This document shows, piece by piece, positions 60,136 through 64,000 of a DNA stretch of 64,000 nucleotides (position 1 is the stretch's first letter; the number at the start of each line of letters is the position of its first letter). The position numbers were made by a program, and so were the translations under genes. Source of the stretch: an uncultured archaeon (lineage in GTDB: Archaea; Hadarchaeota; Hadarchaeia; Hadarchaeales; WYZ-LMO6); contig CALJER010000003.1 in assembly GCA_938074535.1 (NCBI GenBank), forward strand, positions 1 to 64,000. The letters are read 5' to 3'. Below the pieces are notes generated by a model. That model searched no databases. It was not told where the DNA came from and saw nothing but the letters and a program-made list of their open reading frames with translations.

Positions 60136-62031
60136 TCATCCCTCCTCCGGCAGGTGCTCCGGAGAAACCGTGTCCCCGAACTCCCTCCTGGTTTCCTCCA
60201 GCCTCCTCCTGGTCTCCTCCAGCACCCGGAAGAGCTCGGGAGGAGCCTCCGGCTCTTTCTTCCAGAACTCCTCCACCCTTCCCACCTTCTTCAGGAGCCA
60301 CTTCGCCCTGATGGAGAACTGCTCCTCGTACTCCTCCTCCGTGTACTCCCTTCCCCGCACCTCCCTGAAGAGCTTCACCAGATCCTCGTACCTGGGGATG
60401 AGCCCCGTGGGGGAGACCAGGGCGCCAGCCTCCCCGTGGATTCTCCTCTCCATCCACTTCACCCACACGTGCTTGTCCAGCCTGTGGTTCAGGTACTCCC
60501 CCGTCTTCGGGTGGCGCAGGAAGTAGTTCACCCCGAAGACCAGCGGTGCCTTTCTCAGCCTCCTTCCGAACTCCAGGTAGTTCCTGAGGTACTCGCCCAA
60601 GGGGATGGAGAGGAAGTCCTGGAGGCTCATCACGTTGATCTCGAACTTCGGCTCCTCCACGATGGCGAAGGTGGTTTCCGTCTCAAGCCCAGCCCCGTAC
60701 AGGACGACGCCGTGCTCCCAGCTGAAGCCTTGCTGGACGGGAACGAAGGCCCTGTAGTCCCTCCCCCCGAACATGATTCCCCCCAGCTCCACCCCTTTCG
60801 GGTTCTCCAGTTCGGGATCGCAGTTGGGGAGGGTGGAGAGGCTGACGGTGTACCTGGCGTTGGGGTGGGCTGGAGGAACGGGCTTTCCGTCCGGCCCCTT
60901 CATTCCCTCCCTCCACTCCCCGCAGAAGTTGAGCCCCCGCTTGGGCAGCTCGCACCCCATCCCCAGCCAGTAGGGTTTTCCGTCCTTCACCAGCACGTTG
61001 GAAAAGATGATCTCCCCAGGACTGGTGAGGACCTGGTAGATGAGGGGATCGCTCTTCGGGCTCACGTCCTGCAGGATGCCCAGGATTCCGCTTTCCACGT
61101 TTACGCCCCTGCACTGCCCCTCCAGGTTCCTGACGTAGGCTATGTCATCGGCCAGGATGGTCTCCCCCGGCAGCATGGCGGTGGAGGTCTTCCCGCAGGC
61201 GCTGGGGAAGGCCCCGGCTAGGTAGGTCTTCCTCCCGCCAGGCCCCCTCACCCCTATGATCATGAAGTGCTCGGCCAGCCATCCCTCCCTGTGGGCCTTT
61301 CTGATGGCCAGCCTGAGGGCCAGCTTCTTGAAGCCCACCGAGTTCCCCGCGTACTGGGTGTTCACGCTGTAGACGGTGTTGGTGACGTAGTCGATGTAGA
61401 TCCTCTTCTTCTCCGGCTCCGCGCTGATCATCCTCCCGTCCAGCTCCCCCGCCGAGTGGAGGGTCTTGAAGAGCTCCGCCTTCGGGTCCAGCTTCAGGAA
61501 GGTGTCGTAGCCCCTGCGGTAGAGGAGGGTGACGGAGTGGGCCACGTACCAGGAGTCCGTGCACTCCATGCAGGGGATGGTGAAGGGCGAGTGCCTGGGG
61601 CCGAGGGTGAGGAAGCGCACGATCATGGTCTTCCCCCTCATGGAGCCCCTCAGCAGGCCCAGGATCTCGGAGAGGCCCTCCTCCCTCTCCACCTGGTTCA
61701 GTCTCGGGCTCAGGTAGTCGCCCTTCGGCACCAGGAACTTGGTGGCCTGCCTGTCCCTCCCCTGGTCGAAGTAGCCGTCGAAGTGGTAGGTGTGGCCAGG
61801 CAGGGAGAGGGGCCCCTCCTCCCCGCTCTCCACGGCCATAGACCTGATGTGGGTCAGGTCCTCGGGGGAGTCGTCGCAGACGAAGACCCTGTCCGGCTGG
61901 CAGAGCTCCACCGCCCGGCAGACGAACTCGTGCACCTCCGGGTGGGGGATGGCCAGGAGCTTTTCCACTTCCCTCTCCCCAGCCTTCCTCCGCACCTTCA
62001 GGAGCAGCCTCTCCGCTTCCTCTCTTGACAT
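60136..62031 (-). CDS. pckG: Phosphoenolpyruvate carboxykinase (GTP)
   Basis: YAGNSVGFKK, GWLAEH, AFPSACGKTSTAM, DDIAY, HPNARY, FGGR. Confidence 0.94.
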   Translation of the reverse strand: MSREEAERLLLKVRRKAGEREVEKLLAIPHPEVHEFVCRAVELCQPDRVFVCDDSPEDLTHIRSMAVESGEEGPLSLPGHTYHFDGYFDQGRDRQATKFLVPKGDYLSPRLNQVEREEGLSEILGLLRGSMRGKTMIVRFLTLGPRHSPFTIPCMECTDSWYVAHSVTLLYRRGYDTFLKLDPKAELFKTLHSAGELDGRMISAEPEKKRIYIDYVTNTVYSVNTQYAGNSVGFKKLALRLAIRKAHREGWLAEHFMIIGVRGPGGRKTYLAGAFPSACGKTSTAMLPGETILADDIAYVRNLEGQCRGVNVESGILGILQDVSPKSDPLIYQVLTSPGEIIFSNVLVKDGKPYWLGMGCELPKRGLNFCGEWREGMKGPDGKPVPPAHPNARYTVSLSTLPNCDPELENPKGVELGGIMFGGRDYRAFVPVQQGFSWEHGVVLYGAGLETETTFAIVEEPKFEINVMSLQDFLSIPLGEYLRNYLEFGRRLRKAPLVFGVNYFLRHPKTGEYLNHRLDKHVWVKWMERRIHGEAGALVSPTGLIPRYEDLVKLFREVRGREYTEEEYEEQFSIRAKWLLKKVGRVEEFWKKEPEAPPELFRVLEETRRRLEETRREFGDTVSPEHLPEEG

Positions 62032-62183
62032 TTTGTTAATTCTCCTCAGTTTTTTCGAAACACTTGTTTCATTACTTTAAAAACCTTGTCCTCCACCTGT
62101 AAAAGTTGGGCTGAGAGCTCGATCCCGGCGATCAGCACGAGCCCGAAGATGGGGTCAGAGCCACCGCGCCCGCCCCCCCTTGG

Positions 62184-63197
62184 TTAGGACCTCTGAAAGG
62201 ACCTCTCGTATCTTTCCAGCTCCTTCAGCCTCTCCTCCTTCTCCCTCCTCCCCAGAAAGGAGGCCTCGAAGGAGTTCCGGGCCAGCGTCACCAGTTCCCT
62301 CCTCCCCAGCCCCAGGGCCTCCCGCACGGCCAGGTAGTTTTCGTTCACGTAGCCGCCGAAGTAGGCTGGGTCGTCGGAGTTCACCGTTACCTTCATCCCC
62401 CTCACCATCATCTCCCTCAGCGGGTGCTCCTTGAGGTCCCTCACCACCCCCAGCCTCAGGTTGGAGAGGGGGCAGAGGGTGAGGGGGATCCCTCTCCTGG
62501 CCAGCTCCTCCACCAGTGCGGGGTCCTCCATGGCCCTGTTCCCGTGGTCTATCCTGATCACCCCCAGCTCCAGCGCCTCCCGCACGTACTCCGGGGGACC
62601 CTCCTCCCCGGCGTGCGCCACCAGCAGGAACCCCTCCTCCCTCGCCCTCTCGAAGACCCTCCTGAACTTGGAGGGAGGGTGCCCCACCTCCGCTGAGTCG
62701 AGCCCCACCCCCACCATCAGGTCCCTGTAGGGGAGGGCCTCCTCCAGCGTCCTCGCCGCCTCCTCCTGCGGAAGGTCCCTCAGAAAGCACATGATGAGCC
62801 CGGTGCTCATCCCCCTCCCCTCCGCCTCGAGCAGGGCCGAGTGGATCCCCTCTATCACCGTCTCAAACTTCACCCCCCTGCGCGCGTGTGCTTGGGGGTC
62901 AAAGAAGACCTCGGCGTGGAGAACGTTCTGGGAGCGCGCCTTCTCCAGGTAGGAGAGGGTGAGGTCGTGAAAATCCTCCTTTTCCCTGAGCACCTCCACC
63001 CCCTTGTAGTAGAGGTTCAGGAAGTCCTGGAGGTTTTTGAACCTGTAGGCCCTCCTCACCTCCTCCACGGAGCCGTACCCCAACCTCACCCCCCTCTTCC
63101 TCGCCAGCTCGAACATGAGCTCCGGCTCCAGGGTCCCCTCCAGGTGCAGGTGGAGTTCGGCCTTGGGCAAACCCTCCACGAAGGCCCGCTCGGTCAT
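62184..63197 (-). CDS. Adenine/adenosine deaminase
   Basis: PKAELHLHLEG, FFDPQAH, AHAGEEG, RIDHG, CPLSN, NSDDPAYF. Confidence 0.92.
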   Translation of the reverse strand: MTERAFVEGLPKAELHLHLEGTLEPELMFELARKRGVRLGYGSVEEVRRAYRFKNLQDFLNLYYKGVEVLREKEDFHDLTLSYLEKARSQNVLHAEVFFDPQAHARRGVKFETVIEGIHSALLEAEGRGMSTGLIMCFLRDLPQEEAARTLEEALPYRDLMVGVGLDSAEVGHPPSKFRRVFERAREEGFLLVAHAGEEGPPEYVREALELGVIRIDHGNRAMEDPALVEELARRGIPLTLCPLSNLRLGVVRDLKEHPLREMMVRGMKVTVNSDDPAYFGGYVNENYLAVREALGLGRRELVTLARNSFEASFLGRREKEERLKELERYERSFQRS

Positions 63198-64000
63198 CTG
63201 TACCAGGGGAGACACTTGGTGAGGTACTCGGAGAGGAAAGAGGTGAAGTCCTCTTCGCGGCAGAGCCCCAGGATGGCCCTCCCCCGGTGGACCCTGAAGC
63301 CCTCCGCCAGGGCCTCCCCCAGGTGTTTCCCCAGTCCCTCCCTCCTCTTCAAAACCCCCTCCAGCACCTCCTCGGCCTCCCTCTTCCTCCTCTCCACTTC
63401 AAAGACCAGCCTTCCTTCCATGTCCACGTAGGGTCCTGCCCAGGTCCCCCTCTTCCCCAGGTACTTCCGCAGGAAGCTCTCCTCGGGGGCGGAGGGGGGA
63501 GGACCCTTCCTCACCTCGAGGGGAGGAAGGGAGGAAGGGAAGACCTCCAGGAGGAGGGCCGAGAGGCGCTTTCCGGACCATACCTCGCTGCCCATCACCT
63601 GGAAGCCCCTCTCCCCGAGCGCGAAGCCCAGGGCCCTCTCCGCCTTCCTGAGCTGGGGGTAGAGCACGTCCTCCGCCACCGGAGGGGTTCTGAAGGTCAC
63701 GCAGAAGAGCTCCGTTCCCCTCCTCCTCATGAGCCTCCACAGCCTTCCCCTCCCGAGCACCCGTCCCGGCCTTGGGAAGAAGAAGCGCTCGGAGGGCCTC
63801 CTCAGGAACTCCCTGCAGGCCAGCACGAAGGTGGAGAACTTCTGGATGGAGACGGCGGCCGCCACGTTCCTGGTGCGGTCCACGGGGTCCACCACCACCA
63901 GAGGCTGGTCGGGGAAGAGCAGCCTGAGCTTGGAGGGGTCGGGATAGAAGCCCTCCAGGTCTATCACTTGCCCTGGCTTCCACCCTCTGGCCTCCCTCAC
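63194..64000 (-). CDS. cca: Archaeal CCA-adding enzyme, C-terminal part (5'-truncated by window)
   Basis: PLVVVDPVDRTRNVAAAVS, FL..PS..FF, DVLYPQL, GPP. Confidence 0.88.
   Translation of the reverse strand: MREARGWKPGQVIDLEGFYPDPSKLRLLFPDQPLVVVDPVDRTRNVAAAVSIQKFSTFVLACREFLRRPSERFFFPRPGRVLGRGRLWRLMRRRGTELFCVTFRTPPVAEDVLYPQLRKAERALGFALGERGFQVMGSEVWSGKRLSALLLEVFPSSLPPLEVRKGPPPSAPEESFLRKYLGKRGTWAGPYVDMEGRLVFEVERRKREAEEVLEGVLKRREGLGKHLGEALAEGFRVHRGRAILGLCREEDFTSFLSEYLTKCLPWYR

Noticed and set aside
62040-62183. Possible permease gene remnant downstream of adenine deaminase
   Set aside because: Too short to support; no reliable motif

Overview
GC-rich archaeal chromosomal segment, probably from a thermophile. 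A Hadarchaeota-like lineage is my inference only and needs 16S placement. Contents in order: (1) a GGR / B12-radical SAM / UbiA / membrane-protein module interleaved with nine class III signal-peptide (type IV pilin-like) genes in two paralog families; (2) gch3, a MiaB-like methylthiotransferase, thiDN and rps17e; (3) a minus-strand 16S-tRNA(Ala)-23S operon with no linked 5S, interrupted by three group I introns (E. coli-equivalent S793, L1923, L2500), each carrying a LAGLIDADG ORF that overlaps the ribozyme core; (4) a lower-GC GT/UbiA/radical SAM/GGR block that repeats the first module, followed by a secreted protein with phage-tail-fibre-like HxH repeats; (5) tRNA-His with a 22-nt BHB intron in the T-loop; (6) housekeeping genes: acs, RNase P RNA, rps26e, rpl40e, nnrD, acyl-CoA dehydrogenase, a por operon with an unusual delta subunit, thrS, tmk, srp54, rpl21e, rpoF, a Thr1-less proteasome beta, glk, pgi/pmi, trm56, a solo Cas4-like nuclease, an ATPase pseudogene, tRNA-Leu, pckG, adenine deaminase and cca. 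The strongest unusual signals are the group I introns (especially S793, whose HEG stop codon straddles the 3' splice site), the T-loop tRNA intron, and the duplicated prenyl/methyl-modification module linked to the pilin array.
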